From: Eubacterium sp.
GTDB lineage: Bacteria > Bacillota > Clostridia > Lachnospirales > Lachnospiraceae
Assembly: GCA_017475235.1 (NCBI GenBank)
Contig: JAFVGA010000001.1
Coordinates: 5,240-69,239 of the forward strand
Reading direction: 5' to 3'
DNA length: 64,000 nucleotides
How positions within the stretch are numbered: position 1 is the first letter of the stretch; each line of letters begins with the position of its first letter. The notes under the pieces were generated by a model that saw only the letters and a list, made by a program, of their open reading frames with translations, was not told the DNA's origin and searched no databases. Made by a program: the position numbers and the translations under genes. This document shows, in pieces, positions 36,828 to 47,378 of this stretch.

Positions 36828-37766
36828 ATGATTAGTATTGATTTATCAGAGAGTGGTTATAACCCTCCTGAAAAGAACTCTACATCCGAATTCAAAGAAA
36901 TAACCATTGATTTAGGACCGGCTCCTACAGACATTGTGGTGCAAGAGCCAACTGCTCCAGCACCTAAACGTAGAGGCAGACCTCCTAAAAAAGTGGAAGA
37001 CGCTTCGGTTCATGTAGACTCAGCAAATCTTATGACAAGTAACACTCCATATATCAGCACTTATAGTGAAAATATGGAGGCGTTAAAAGGAGTAGTATGT
37101 CAAGCTGACATGGTAGCAACACAGTTAAAGACTATGATGGACTCCATTGTATCGTCTAAGACTATGAAGAATAAGTTTATGAATGCCGCAAACTGTGGTA
37201 CAGCAATAAACGGGTTCTTATCCACTAAGCTTAATGCTATTAAAGAAATGAATAAAACTATCTATGATTCACATCAGCTTGAAGCCAAGAGAGCTCAGGC
37301 TCTTAAAGCTGCTGAACAAGCTACTGCGAATGATGATAAGTATATTCAGGATCTTTACACGGCATTCGTTAATACTCCTATCAGCTCAGGTATGTCTAGC
37401 CCGATTAATGTAATGGCTAATAATGTAGTAAGTAACCCTACATATCAACCATCGAATTCTATGGCTGATGGAATGCAAGGATATCAGGACTTTACACAGA
37501 ATCTTACTCCAGAACAGAATAGGATGATTCTTGGGGATAATCCAAATATAGAGACTGTAGTAGTGCATAACGAATATACTGGAGAATCAAGATTCGATGT
37601 AATAGATACTAATACCGGCATGAGAGTTCCTAACTACCCATTACCAGATCAGTGTATGCTTGACGGCATTAAGATCAATAAGATTACGGGTATAGCATCC
37701 AACACAAACTTCAATGAAACATGGAAACTCATCTTAGAAGGAGCTCCAGATCCAAACTGCTTCTAA
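36828..37766 (+). CDS. Hypothetical protein with AT-hook-like KRRGRPPK
   Basis: Late promoter 36790-36801; SD AAGGGGG. Confidence 0.75.
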   Translation: MISIDLSESGYNPPEKNSTSEFKEITIDLGPAPTDIVVQEPTAPAPKRRGRPPKKVEDASVHVDSANLMTSNTPYISTYSENMEALKGVVCQADMVATQLKTMMDSIVSSKTMKNKFMNAANCGTAINGFLSTKLNAIKEMNKTIYDSHQLEAKRAQALKAAEQATANDDKYIQDLYTAFVNTPISSGMSSPINVMANNVVSNPTYQPSNSMADGMQGYQDFTQNLTPEQNRMILGDNPNIETVVVHNEYTGESRFDVIDTNTGMRVPNYPLPDQCMLDGIKINKITGIASNTNFNETWKLILEGAPDPNCF

Positions 37767-37812
37767 CTTATATATTATTTTCTTGAATAATTTATAAGGG
37801 AGGTACATTTTT

Positions 37813-38088
37813 ATGTACAACGAAGGCGACAGGATATGTGTCAGAGATCCTTCTGACGAGTTCTATGTAATCGGAGAAGTAGTAAAAGTGGTAGAATATC
37901 CACCGGTAGTAGCAGGAATGCCTCCGGTTAGAATGTACTACGTTGCGAGTTATCAGGAACATCAGAACGTGAATTCGGATGAACTTGTGGAAAGCTTCTA
38001 TGATTGTATTATGGATGGCGATGAGCATATCGTCACAGATGAAAACCTTATGCTCCGTCTCTTTAAAGAACAGGGTTACGATGTGTAA
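37813..38088 (+). CDS. Small early hypothetical protein
   Basis: Early promoter 37769-37785; SD GGAGGT. Confidence 0.7.
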   Translation: MYNEGDRICVRDPSDEFYVIGEVVKVVEYPPVVAGMPPVRMYYVASYQEHQNVNSDELVESFYDCIMDGDEHIVTDENLMLRLFKEQGYDV

Positions 38089-38157
38089 CCCTAAGTTCTT
38101 TAACCATTTTGTGGTTCTCTTTATGGGAACCACTTTTTTTGTAAGGAGGGATAAAAT

Positions 38158-39486
38158 ATGGCTGACTTTCAATATAAAGAAATCGATCCTTATACTATTG
38201 GACGAAAGCAGTTTGATTTTTTACGTTCTAGCGTTATAACCGCTTCCTTATCTACTTCATATAGTCAGTGTATAGAATTCGTAAGAGCTTGGTTCTATGA
38301 TAAATTCGAACCAGGATTCTTTGAATATGAATATATAGATGGTACAAATGTACTCAATGAAGTATTAAAACCAAAAGACGTAATTTTGGTCCACAGAAAA
38401 CCAAATACCGCGTCTATAGTGATTACTCCTACCATTGATGAAGAATTCTCTAACGAAAATAGAGACTTAGAAATGGAAGGAACTAATCTATTTATCAGAC
38501 GAACAATGAATACAACTCCATTCTTTAGAGATTATAAACACAATCGCTGTATAACGCTCGAAACAAGATTACTTTCTATGGCATTCAATTTTAAAATCAA
38601 AGTAAATACTAGAGCTCAGCAGTTGGATCTATTCGAATATATGAGGAAAGCTTTCAGAATTGGGTTTACCGAATCATATTATGTAGATGAAGACTTCGTA
38701 TTACCTAGACGACTTATGCTTTGTATCGCTGAAGATGCTGGATTCAATATTAAGAGTGATACAGTAGTAGATAATTTCAGATTTATCCGCTATTTAAATA
38801 AGCACTCCATGGTGTCGATTCTGTATAAACATCGTTCTACCACAAACAATAAAGCTTACTATGCTAGATTCCCTGAATCATATGTGCATTTCTCTATGAA
38901 TAATCTTTCTAAAGATGACGGAGAACGTAATGGACACATCAATTCTGAATTTGGTATAGAAATGAATATAGAAGTTAAGTGGCCTGCTCCAGCATGGTTT
39001 GCTTATCATACAAACAATAAAGACTTTAATCTTCCTAGATTTGTTCCGGCTGACTCTATTAAAGATCCAGAATTCATGTTTACTGTGGATACATTTGAAT
39101 GGACTTCGATACCTGATACCAATGAAAAGGGATGGTTGCTATACGTTAAAGATGAAAGAGGATACTATGAAGAAAATACTAAAGAACCTCTTAAGATAGA
39201 ATTTGAGGAGTACTTTGAAGGAGAACTTCTTAATCTTATCAAAGCTCATATGTCTAGATATATTTCTCCATGTTTATTTATGGACGTAGCTATATTTAAT
39301 AATGGTAAGAGATTACCGGGTCATATGGTTTGGGAGAATCTTACTTGGACTTCATTTGAACCTCCTGAAGATGGGTATTCTTCTATTGTATTATATATGG
39401 ATATGGACTACGTAAACAATCAGAGAATATTCGATTTTGATTTATATGGTTTAAATAACCGAATAGGCAATGAGAAGTTGAGGTAA
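38158..39486 (+). CDS. Putative virion structural protein (tail-completion-like)
   Basis: Long beta-rich ORF in the morphogenesis region; SD AGGAGG. Confidence 0.45.
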   Translation: MADFQYKEIDPYTIGRKQFDFLRSSVITASLSTSYSQCIEFVRAWFYDKFEPGFFEYEYIDGTNVLNEVLKPKDVILVHRKPNTASIVITPTIDEEFSNENRDLEMEGTNLFIRRTMNTTPFFRDYKHNRCITLETRLLSMAFNFKIKVNTRAQQLDLFEYMRKAFRIGFTESYYVDEDFVLPRRLMLCIAEDAGFNIKSDTVVDNFRFIRYLNKHSMVSILYKHRSTTNNKAYYARFPESYVHFSMNNLSKDDGERNGHINSEFGIEMNIEVKWPAPAWFAYHTNNKDFNLPRFVPADSIKDPEFMFTVDTFEWTSIPDTNEKGWLLYVKDERGYYEENTKEPLKIEFEEYFEGELLNLIKAHMSRYISPCLFMDVAIFNNGKRLPGHMVWENLTWTSFEPPEDGYSSIVLYMDMDYVNNQRIFDFDLYGLNNRIGNEKLR

Positions 39487-39525
39487 TTCAACTTTTATAT
39501 AATATTTTAAGGGAGGTAAGATGGT

Positions 39526-42500
39526 ATGAATATTACATACAGAGATATAAATACCCGTCGGCTAGCGCTATTAGACGATGCTAAGAAGTATCCGCCATAT
39601 GGTATTTGTAATATGTATTATAATATCAATGAGTCGTATTCATTCAAGAATGCCCGAATCATTACATTGAACTGGGAAGCATTGAATGAAAACCAAAACA
39701 CAGCGTTCTCAAGACTTATGGACGTATTCGAAGCTGCCACATACAATGATAATGAGCAGAATATAAAAACGCTGTATCAGATGATAAATGAAGGAGTGCT
39801 TCAGAAAGTGCGTTCTGGTCCTCAAGCTCAGGAATGTATGAATCGTAAAATCGGTAAATTTAAGATTCAGGCAAGAAAAGTAAAGACACGTATGAGGACA
39901 GCAAACAGACATATTCCTAACACGCAAGCTGCTGCTAAAGAATATGAGAAAACTCATAAGAAGGGATATGTTCCTCCAGAAGAAGAAGAGGAATCAAAAG
40001 AAGAGTCATTATTCATGAACTTCGTAGAGAATTGCTATCTTGATATGATCAATACTTCAAGAAAGTATGACCAGTGTGATAGAATTCTTCTTAATAATGA
40101 TAAGCTCAATAAGAGATTTGATTTTGATAAGACAATCAGAGAAGCCGCTCCTGTTGAAGAAGAGGACTTTACTGACTGTATCAGAACTCTTTGTGAGTTT
40201 ATTGATACATATAATGTAGACCTTAAGGTTAAATACAATACAGCTTTAGAGAATATATACTATTCTCTCAATAAGAATAGTAGACCTATTTCTAAAGAAC
40301 AGATTCTCAGAGATGTAACTGATTATTTTTTACTTACTTCCCCTGTAACGGAAGAGCATATAGAAGATATCAAGTATATTCTTACTGAATCAAAAGTATA
40401 TGACATGGATGACTTCTATGATGTAAGGTATTTATTCGAAGATACAGAAAACTATATTGAAGAATACACTCTCATCAATGAAGCGAAGAAAGATAAAAAG
40501 AACAAAAAGAGAGATCTTAAAGGAAAGCCGAATTCTATCGACGAGTTCAAGAAGTCCGAGAATAAAACCGTTGAGGGATTTAGGAATCTTCTTAATAGAA
40601 TCTATAATAACTCTCCGGAAAATCTCGGTAACGATATAGGAAATATATTTACTATAATAAGATATACATTTGTAGTAGGTGCATTCGGTCTTAATCCTGT
40701 ATTAGGACTTGTCACTCTTATAACAGACTTCATTATAAAGACTGAAATAGGAAGAAAGCAGATTCCTAAGTATATTAAGAAGTATAAGGCCGAAATCAAA
40801 GCTACAGAAAAGGCTATCGACAAAGCCAAAGATGAGAATGAAGTTAAGCGTCTTAAAGCATATAAGAGCCAGCTTAATACAACTCTCAATAAACTTGAAG
40901 ATCAGCTGGATTCTCTCTATTCCGAAAAGGAAAATGATGCAAGACATGCTAAGGAAGATGAGGAAGAAGCAAATGAATCAATGAACTTTGCTCTTCTTTA
41001 TAATATTCTCGAGAATATGAGTACTATTCTTGAAGAAAAGGAAGCTGTTAATAAGTCGCTTATAACAACTATAGAATCAGGTAATATGGATGATGTAAGA
41101 AATATTACTGAATATTGTACTATCGTCCCTGGCACTGTAAATATGAAAGATATTATAGAAGCCATGGAAGACAGACGTACAGAATTACGTAAAGCTAATA
41201 ACAAGAATTATCCGTTTATTGTTGGAATAGGAGAATGCATTGAAACTCTTCAAGGAGTTAAAGAAAAAACAGAAGTCTCCGATGATCCTGTTTTAGCATA
41301 CGAATTTGCTTCCGCTTTAAGAGAATCTATGATATCTGCTATAGACTGCACACCTGTTCCAGATACTATAACCAATATCAACGAAGAGAAGTCAGGCTTA
41401 TCTATGACTTCTAAACTTAAAGTAACTCTGGAGAAACTTAGAAAAGCAAGAGAAACTCTGTCTGATAAAGAAAGAACTATCTCAAAGAATATCGATATTT
41501 CTATGGATAATCTCCAGAAGAATGCTGAGCGAGCTTTGGTGTCTAATAATCGTGAAGCTGTTATCAGAGGAACCATTATTCCATCTGCTTCTAAGTGTAT
41601 CAAGGCGGCACTTATTACCGGTGCGGCTTGGGCTTTAAGTCCTGCATTAGCCGTTATAGGATTACTCGGTGCTATTGGCGCAAGTAAGAAACTTCAAAAG
41701 AAAGAACGACAATTGATTATCGATGATATCGATATCGAACTTAATATGTGTGAACGATATATGAAGATGGCTGAAGACAAAAATGACCTTCAGGCTCAGA
41801 AACACATACTACAAACACAACGAGAACTTCAAAGACAGAAACAACGATTACAATATAATATGCAGGTTAAGTTTAGAGAGAAGACTCCGCCGAGTGCATC
41901 TCTTGGAAATAAACCTGGACTGGAAGAGAATTTCAATCTCACTGAAGAAGACATCATTATGGAACGCTCTGGACTTAAGAAAGAAATTAAGAAAGATGCC
42001 GATAAGATATCCAGAGATGCCCAACGCACATTCCATACTTCTAATGACGTAGAAAGTATTATTAAATCTCATAAGGGTGAGATTAAAGTCGGAAAGATTA
42101 AAATCAAGAACCCTAAACTTTCTAAAGAAGATATGCTCGAAAGACCAGACAAAGTTCGAGAATATTTGAAAGAAGAAGGTCAAGATCCGTATATCAATAT
42201 CGGTAATGCTATTGGATTGCTTGACTTCTTATTCACTATCGGTATAACTGTAGTTTCATCTTCTCTCGCTGAATATATTCTTATAATGCTTTGTAAGAGA
42301 ATGATCAAGAATATTTTAGCTCTGATAAAACTCACAGCAAATGCAGCTGACCCTAATGTAAAGGTTGCAGTTAAGACTACAAGGGATAGCTTGCTTAAAT
42401 ACATCCATAAACTTGATGTAGAAATCAAGCTTGAAAAAGATCCGAAGAAGAGATCTCAGTTAGAAAAGGACAGAGAAGTTCTTCTTTCGTGCTACAATGA

Positions 42501-42540
42501 AACTAAAGTTGAAAATAAAATAGAGAAGAAGGTGATATAA
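39526..42540 (+). CDS. Large putative internal head/ejection protein with three hydrophobic-hairpin modules
   Basis: 1004 aa; promoter 39490-39501; repeated (I/L)xE sites; lies upstream of scaffold-like gene and MCP. Confidence 0.55.
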   Translation: MNITYRDINTRRLALLDDAKKYPPYGICNMYYNINESYSFKNARIITLNWEALNENQNTAFSRLMDVFEAATYNDNEQNIKTLYQMINEGVLQKVRSGPQAQECMNRKIGKFKIQARKVKTRMRTANRHIPNTQAAAKEYEKTHKKGYVPPEEEEESKEESLFMNFVENCYLDMINTSRKYDQCDRILLNNDKLNKRFDFDKTIREAAPVEEEDFTDCIRTLCEFIDTYNVDLKVKYNTALENIYYSLNKNSRPISKEQILRDVTDYFLLTSPVTEEHIEDIKYILTESKVYDMDDFYDVRYLFEDTENYIEEYTLINEAKKDKKNKKRDLKGKPNSIDEFKKSENKTVEGFRNLLNRIYNNSPENLGNDIGNIFTIIRYTFVVGAFGLNPVLGLVTLITDFIIKTEIGRKQIPKYIKKYKAEIKATEKAIDKAKDENEVKRLKAYKSQLNTTLNKLEDQLDSLYSEKENDARHAKEDEEEANESMNFALLYNILENMSTILEEKEAVNKSLITTIESGNMDDVRNITEYCTIVPGTVNMKDIIEAMEDRRTELRKANNKNYPFIVGIGECIETLQGVKEKTEVSDDPVLAYEFASALRESMISAIDCTPVPDTITNINEEKSGLSMTSKLKVTLEKLRKARETLSDKERTISKNIDISMDNLQKNAERALVSNNREAVIRGTIIPSASKCIKAALITGAAWALSPALAVIGLLGAIGASKKLQKKERQLIIDDIDIELNMCERYMKMAEDKNDLQAQKHILQTQRELQRQKQRLQYNMQVKFREKTPPSASLGNKPGLEENFNLTEEDIIMERSGLKKEIKKDADKISRDAQRTFHTSNDVESIIKSHKGEIKVGKIKIKNPKLSKEDMLERPDKVREYLKEEGQDPYINIGNAIGLLDFLFTIGITVVSSSLAEYILIMLCKRMIKNILALIKLTANAADPNVKVAVKTTRDSLLKYIHKLDVEIKLEKDPKKRSQLEKDREVLLSCYNETKVENKIEKKVI

Positions 42541-43548
42541 GTGGCTTATTCTGAATTTGGTATGCTTTCGTTTTTTGATGAAGATGATGATGTTTTAAAC
42601 GAACTTTCGGTTAGGGATGCAAACGGGAATGAAACTAATATGGACAATGACCCTGAGAATAATCAGGGAGATACTACAGATTACACTGCTGTGGGGGACG
42701 ATTCTAATGATGCTGGATCATCCGCACCGCCAGCAGAAACACCTGAACCTCCGGCGGATGATCAAGACAATGCTGGTGATACTACTGACTATACTGATCT
42801 TGGTGGTGATGATGCAGGGGATGCAGGTGCCGATAATCCTGAAGATGGAGATCAAACTGATTACACTGATTTAGGAGGGGATGATAATGATGGGGACGCT
42901 GCTGCAGATCCTGGTGGTGGTGGCGATGATTCTTCTGATAATACTGATTATACTGATCTTGGTGGAGATGATACTGGAGAAGAAGGAGCAGAAGCTGACG
43001 GAGGAGATGAAAATGCGGAAGCTTCTGATGGAGATGGCGAAGATTCAGAAGAAGGAGAGGGAGAAAATGAAGAAGGAGACGAACTCGCACGAATAGAAGA
43101 CGAACTCTTCTCCGATCTTACTTCTGAACAGAATGCTATCAAAGATAAAGAACTCAAGAGACTTTTCATCGAACTCTATAAGATGTGTGATACTACAGTA
43201 AATAGAATCAATGCTATTGCTAAGACTGATAATAATATGAGGGTCTTAACTTTCTGCGCTAAGAAGATTATCGAACTCAGAGATTCTATTGATTATCATC
43301 TCAACGAAACATACTGGACAAAACTATACTTAGATAATCTTATTATCTATAAGACTTGTATTGCACAGTATAACAATGTAAATGAAATTCTCAAGAAGCT
43401 TATTCCTGACGAATATAAGAATGCTGATATTGAAGATATGAAAGATGAAACTCCTAAGGAATTGGATGAACTTAATGCTGAAGATGACGAGGATGAGTTC
43501 AATCCAGATGAAACTAAGGACGAAATCGAAGATCTCAATATCCAATAA
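42541..43548 (+). CDS. Highly acidic scaffold/core-like protein
   Basis: D/E/G-rich N-half, helical C-half; upstream of MCP. Confidence 0.55.
   Translation: MAYSEFGMLSFFDEDDDVLNELSVRDANGNETNMDNDPENNQGDTTDYTAVGDDSNDAGSSAPPAETPEPPADDQDNAGDTTDYTDLGGDDAGDAGADNPEDGDQTDYTDLGGDDNDGDAAADPGGGGDDSSDNTDYTDLGGDDTGEEGAEADGGDENAEASDGDGEDSEEGEGENEEGDELARIEDELFSDLTSEQNAIKDKELKRLFIELYKMCDTTVNRINAIAKTDNNMRVLTFCAKKIIELRDSIDYHLNETYWTKLYLDNLIIYKTCIAQYNNVNEILKKLIPDEYKNADIEDMKDETPKELDELNAEDDEDEFNPDETKDEIEDLNIQ
42670..42972 (+). repeat. Four dispersed intragenic repeats encoding DxTDYT(D/A)(L/V)G(G)DD
   Basis: Copies at about 42670, 42778, 42850 and 42937. Confidence 0.85.
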
Positions 43549-43566
43549 TGAAAGGTGTATTCTATT

Positions 43567-43755
43567 ATGTATACAGTAAGACCATTTTCTGAAGAAGAAA
43601 AAGAACTCAGCAACAAAATAAGATCTCAATTTGAATCTATCGAGAAACTTCTCGATACTTTACCAAATAGTAGAGAGAAGAGTATAGCTTTATCTCATAT
43701 CGAAGATGCAATGCTTCATACCAATCTTGCTATATCAGAACACGCAGTAGGGTAA
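43567..43755 (+). CDS. Acb2/Tad1-family helical-hairpin protein (putative cyclic-nucleotide sponge)
   Basis: SEEEKELSNKIR...PNSREKSIALSHIEDAMLHTNLAIS resembles the family pattern SREKSLA.TKLEEA.MWAN.AIA. Confidence 0.65.
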   Translation: MYTVRPFSEEEKELSNKIRSQFESIEKLLDTLPNSREKSIALSHIEDAMLHTNLAISEHAVG

Positions 43756-43864
43756 AGTCCACAGAATTCGAATTTTTTAAAAGAACAATATAATAAAATA
43801 GTTGATTTTTACTCACTATTAGATTTTAATCGTTAAATAAAAAATATAAAGGAGGAAATTTACT

Positions 43865-45730
43865 ATGGCTAGTTATAGAGCACCTAAAGCTCGCGAAATA
43901 GACTACTCACAGGAACCTATATACGCAGCTGCTAAACAGTACGCTAATGTAATTAAGTCTATTAAGTCAGAAGCCGGAAGAGACATCTTCAGAGAAACAG
44001 CTACTTGTCTGGCTGATGATTATGCAAGAGAGGCAATTAAAGAATTCTATATGAAGGATACATTCGATCCGAATGATCCGATGTACAAAGAAGACATCGA
44101 AGCACAGAATGAAGCATACGATGATGCTCAGCTCTACTTCGAAAACTACGTTGACTGCGTAAATGAAAACCAGTCAATCAACTCACAGAACCCTGTTATC
44201 GCTATGACTCCACCTGTATTCAAGGATATCCTTATGAACAACATTTGGAATCAGGGCATCATTCCAAAGATGGTAACAGATACACCTGACATCACAATCG
44301 AAAGAGAAATTCGTTGGATGATTACACCAGAAGGCGAAAGATTCGATATGTTCAGACAGCAGTACAAGATCTCTAAGGCTCTTGAAGCTGTAAGACCTAT
44401 GAAGTCAATCTACCTTCCAAATAATACAAAGGCTGGCGATATCGACGTACTCGGCAGAATGTTCTCAGTTTCTAAGGAAACAGAACACTTCGACTCAGAC
44501 ATCAATATCTCAGGTATCGTTGCTCCAAGACTTGTTAAGCCAGGCGAAACAATCAAGAAGGTTCTCCAGCTTGATCTCACTGATGCTAACACAATGGAAG
44601 AACATACAACAAACGTTGTTGACTATACAAACACATCAACCTCTGATGAAGTTGTAGAAAATGCTGTTTGGGAAGTAAGAATTCCAACAACACCAGGTTA
44701 CGGTGAATCTTCAAAGGCATACTTCAACCGTGAAGTTAAGATCTCACCTGCTGCAGCAGATGGTACAACTGTTGATACAACAGTATATGTATCAGGTTTC
44801 CTTCAGAGAGATGAACTCACAATCGCTGTTAACGATGCAACAGTTAAGGGCGTAGTTCTCTCAGCAAGACAGGCTGCTTCTTCTGGCACAATCGTTTCAC
44901 CAACAGGTGAATGGGAAAGAATCTCAAGACTTGAGAAGATTCCTGAAGCTACACACCTTGTAACTACAGTATCTCCTGAAGAACTTAAGGATATCGCTGC
45001 CCTCTACAACGTAAACCAGATCACAAAGCATATGTCAATCTTCAAGACAATTCTTGAAAACTATCGTGATGATACAGTAAGAAACTTCCTCGATGACTCA
45101 TTCAGAAGAATGCCATGGAGAGAAGGATTCTCATTCATATTCGATATGGCTCCAAGAGACGGCTATGCACTTGACCATGTAACATGGAGAAAGGCTACAT
45201 TCATGGATGCCGTTGATACTTGGGTTACAAAGATGCTTCAGGTTCTCAACGATCCAAATATGGCTGTAAACTTTGTAGGTCGTGCTGACATCATCAGAAA
45301 GATCACACCTACAGACTATATCTACCAGTCATCACAGGCTATGGGTCCTATCCCGCTTGACTTCGTAAGAACAGTAACAACAACTGATAACAGAAATTAT
45401 CAGTTCGTATCATGTGACAAGATGCGTGATAACAACAATATCATCATCATCCTCACACCAAGAAACAGCGAACGTTTCATGTATCGTATTTATGATTACC
45501 AGACATACGTTTCAAATGAACTTCGTGATCCTAAGAACCAGAACCTCCCGGCTATCTCATGCTTCGATAGATGGAGAATCTTCGAGTATCAGGCTGTTCA
45601 GGCAAGATGTCACGTTCTTAACCCAACAGGCTACAGAACAAATCTCCCTGCTCAGGATATGTTTGGTTCAACTGAAGGACGTAACGATTGGACAATTGAC
45701 GATCCTACATACGATCCAATTCATCTCTAA
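43865..45730 (+). CDS. Major capsid protein
   Basis: 621 aa; strongly biased codon usage; late promoter 43784-43795; likely maturation site VNE near residue 102; terminator 45751-45795. Confidence 0.8.
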   Translation: MASYRAPKAREIDYSQEPIYAAAKQYANVIKSIKSEAGRDIFRETATCLADDYAREAIKEFYMKDTFDPNDPMYKEDIEAQNEAYDDAQLYFENYVDCVNENQSINSQNPVIAMTPPVFKDILMNNIWNQGIIPKMVTDTPDITIEREIRWMITPEGERFDMFRQQYKISKALEAVRPMKSIYLPNNTKAGDIDVLGRMFSVSKETEHFDSDINISGIVAPRLVKPGETIKKVLQLDLTDANTMEEHTTNVVDYTNTSTSDEVVENAVWEVRIPTTPGYGESSKAYFNREVKISPAAADGTTVDTTVYVSGFLQRDELTIAVNDATVKGVVLSARQAASSGTIVSPTGEWERISRLEKIPEATHLVTTVSPEELKDIAALYNVNQITKHMSIFKTILENYRDDTVRNFLDDSFRRMPWREGFSFIFDMAPRDGYALDHVTWRKATFMDAVDTWVTKMLQVLNDPNMAVNFVGRADIIRKITPTDYIYQSSQAMGPIPLDFVRTVTTTDNRNYQFVSCDKMRDNNNIIIILTPRNSERFMYRIYDYQTYVSNELRDPKNQNLPAISCFDRWRIFEYQAVQARCHVLNPTGYRTNLPAQDMFGSTEGRNDWTIDDPTYDPIHL

Positions 45731-45816
45731 TAACGATACTGAAAAACTAAAAGATAAGACTAGCCTAAGCCTTCATAGGCTTAGGCTTATCTTTTGCAAA
45801 GGAGGTAAGTATAACG

Positions 45817-46977
45817 ATGGGAAATATATCTTACAACTTTAGGCCTATGACTGATTCCATTCAAGACATGATGGATGAATTCGAAGATCGCCAGAAGCTT
45901 TCAGATAAAACTCTTCTCCCATTTAGAAAAGAACTTAATAAGTTCTTTAGAGACTCTAATTGTTCTGAAGTTATATTTACTCAGAACGACCAGTTATTCT
46001 TTGGTATGAATGTATATCCAATAATGACACCAGAAATGATCAATCAGGTTTTGGTTTCAGATGACAAGATAAGAATCGAAAGATATAAGCTTGAACTTGA
46101 CTCGAAATTATTTGACCCAATGCTTAATCTTAGAGCAACTGAGATTCTTGCTATGGTGTTACATGAAGTTGGTCATATAGTAAACGATGCTTCTATCGTT
46201 GAAGAAATGCGAGATATCATTCATATCTATATCGCTAAGACTAATGCTGAAATGAAGAGACCAAATTGTGAAGAGATGTTTGCTATTCTCGAATACGGTA
46301 TCAATAATACTGTAAGAAAGCTGACTTCTATGTTCTGTATATATAAGAACGGTGAAGTTCTTGCTGACAGATTTGTATATGAATGTGGTTATGCTGGAGA
46401 ACTCCAGTCAGCATTTGATAAGATCTGTAAGAATGGTTTTCTTTTAAACAGCGACTATAAGGATAAGCTTGTTGTAATGACATGGTGTCTCAGACTCTAT
46501 ACAGAAATCAGAGTGAAGAGAATTCCTGCTATTCGTACTCTCGAAAAGCTCGAGAAAATGACGAACTCTTCATTGGAAAAGAAGAGTATTATTAAGCTCA
46601 GAAATGCTCTTAAGGATATGGCTTTCGTTCAGGAATCTGCAAGATCTGAAGAAAGAAAGAAGGACTATACTCTCAGAGATATTAAGAGATATGAACAGGA
46701 GATCTATACTTATAAGCTTAACGCTAGAAGCTTAACCGATAAGAACGATGCTCTGTATCTCATGAGACAAATCAATAATGCTATATATGTTTTAGAAGAC
46801 TTACTGTATGAATCAGATATAAAGCTGACATCTTCAGAGAAGACTAAGTACAACAAGCTTCTTGATGAATACTATAGACTCAGAGACTTTGTTGCTACTG
46901 ATTCTAAATTCAATTACGATTATTCTAATAGTGTTATTAATATATCATATCCGGATATCGTTCCGAATAGAAGATAA
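45817..46977 (+). CDS. HExxH zinc-metalloprotease-like virion protein
   Basis: VLHEVGH plus downstream EVLADRF. Confidence 0.65.
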   Translation: MGNISYNFRPMTDSIQDMMDEFEDRQKLSDKTLLPFRKELNKFFRDSNCSEVIFTQNDQLFFGMNVYPIMTPEMINQVLVSDDKIRIERYKLELDSKLFDPMLNLRATEILAMVLHEVGHIVNDASIVEEMRDIIHIYIAKTNAEMKRPNCEEMFAILEYGINNTVRKLTSMFCIYKNGEVLADRFVYECGYAGELQSAFDKICKNGFLLNSDYKDKLVVMTWCLRLYTEIRVKRIPAIRTLEKLEKMTNSSLEKKSIIKLRNALKDMAFVQESARSEERKKDYTLRDIKRYEQEIYTYKLNARSLTDKNDALYLMRQINNAIYVLEDLLYESDIKLTSSEKTKYNKLLDEYYRLRDFVATDSKFNYDYSNSVINISYPDIVPNRR

Positions 46978-47012
46978 AAAATTTAGGAGGGTGCGTGATC
47001 GCACCCTCTGTT

Positions 47013-47378
47013 TTATGCTTCTTTTGCAAGTAGAACGTTTAATCTATAAACGTCCGAATATGTGTGTAAGTGGATAGTTAGATCTTTATCCTTCGAGCTT
47101 TCAACCCATTCATTCTTATAGTAATAATTCCTTCTAGTATTCTGTTCCAGATTGTAACGTCTAAGCATACATCTTAGTTTAGCATCTGGATTCTTAACTG
47201 TTATTATGACATTAAGATTATTCTTGTATGGCGGAAGTGCGCCATACGGAAATGTCGTTGTTGTAGTATTATAGCCTTTCTCTTTCAAAAGGTTTCTGAA
47301 TTTTACTATTACTATATCTTGGAGATCCCTTATAAGCTTAGCCTGGTCTCTTCCATTATACATAATTATATTTTTCAA
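47013..47378 (-). CDS. Hypothetical protein
   Basis: ORF with TTG start and SD GAGGAGG. Confidence 0.6.
   Translation of the reverse strand: MKNIIMYNGRDQAKLIRDLQDIVIVKFRNLLKEKGYNTTTTTFPYGALPPYKNNLNVIITVKNPDAKLRCMLRRYNLEQNTRRNYYYKNEWVESSKDKDLTIHLHTYSDVYRLNVLLAKEA

Noticed and set aside
42670-42972. Spaced direct repeats suggestive of a mini-CRISPR array
   Set aside because: The repeats are in-frame and vary at synonymous sites, spacing is irregular, and no cas genes are present
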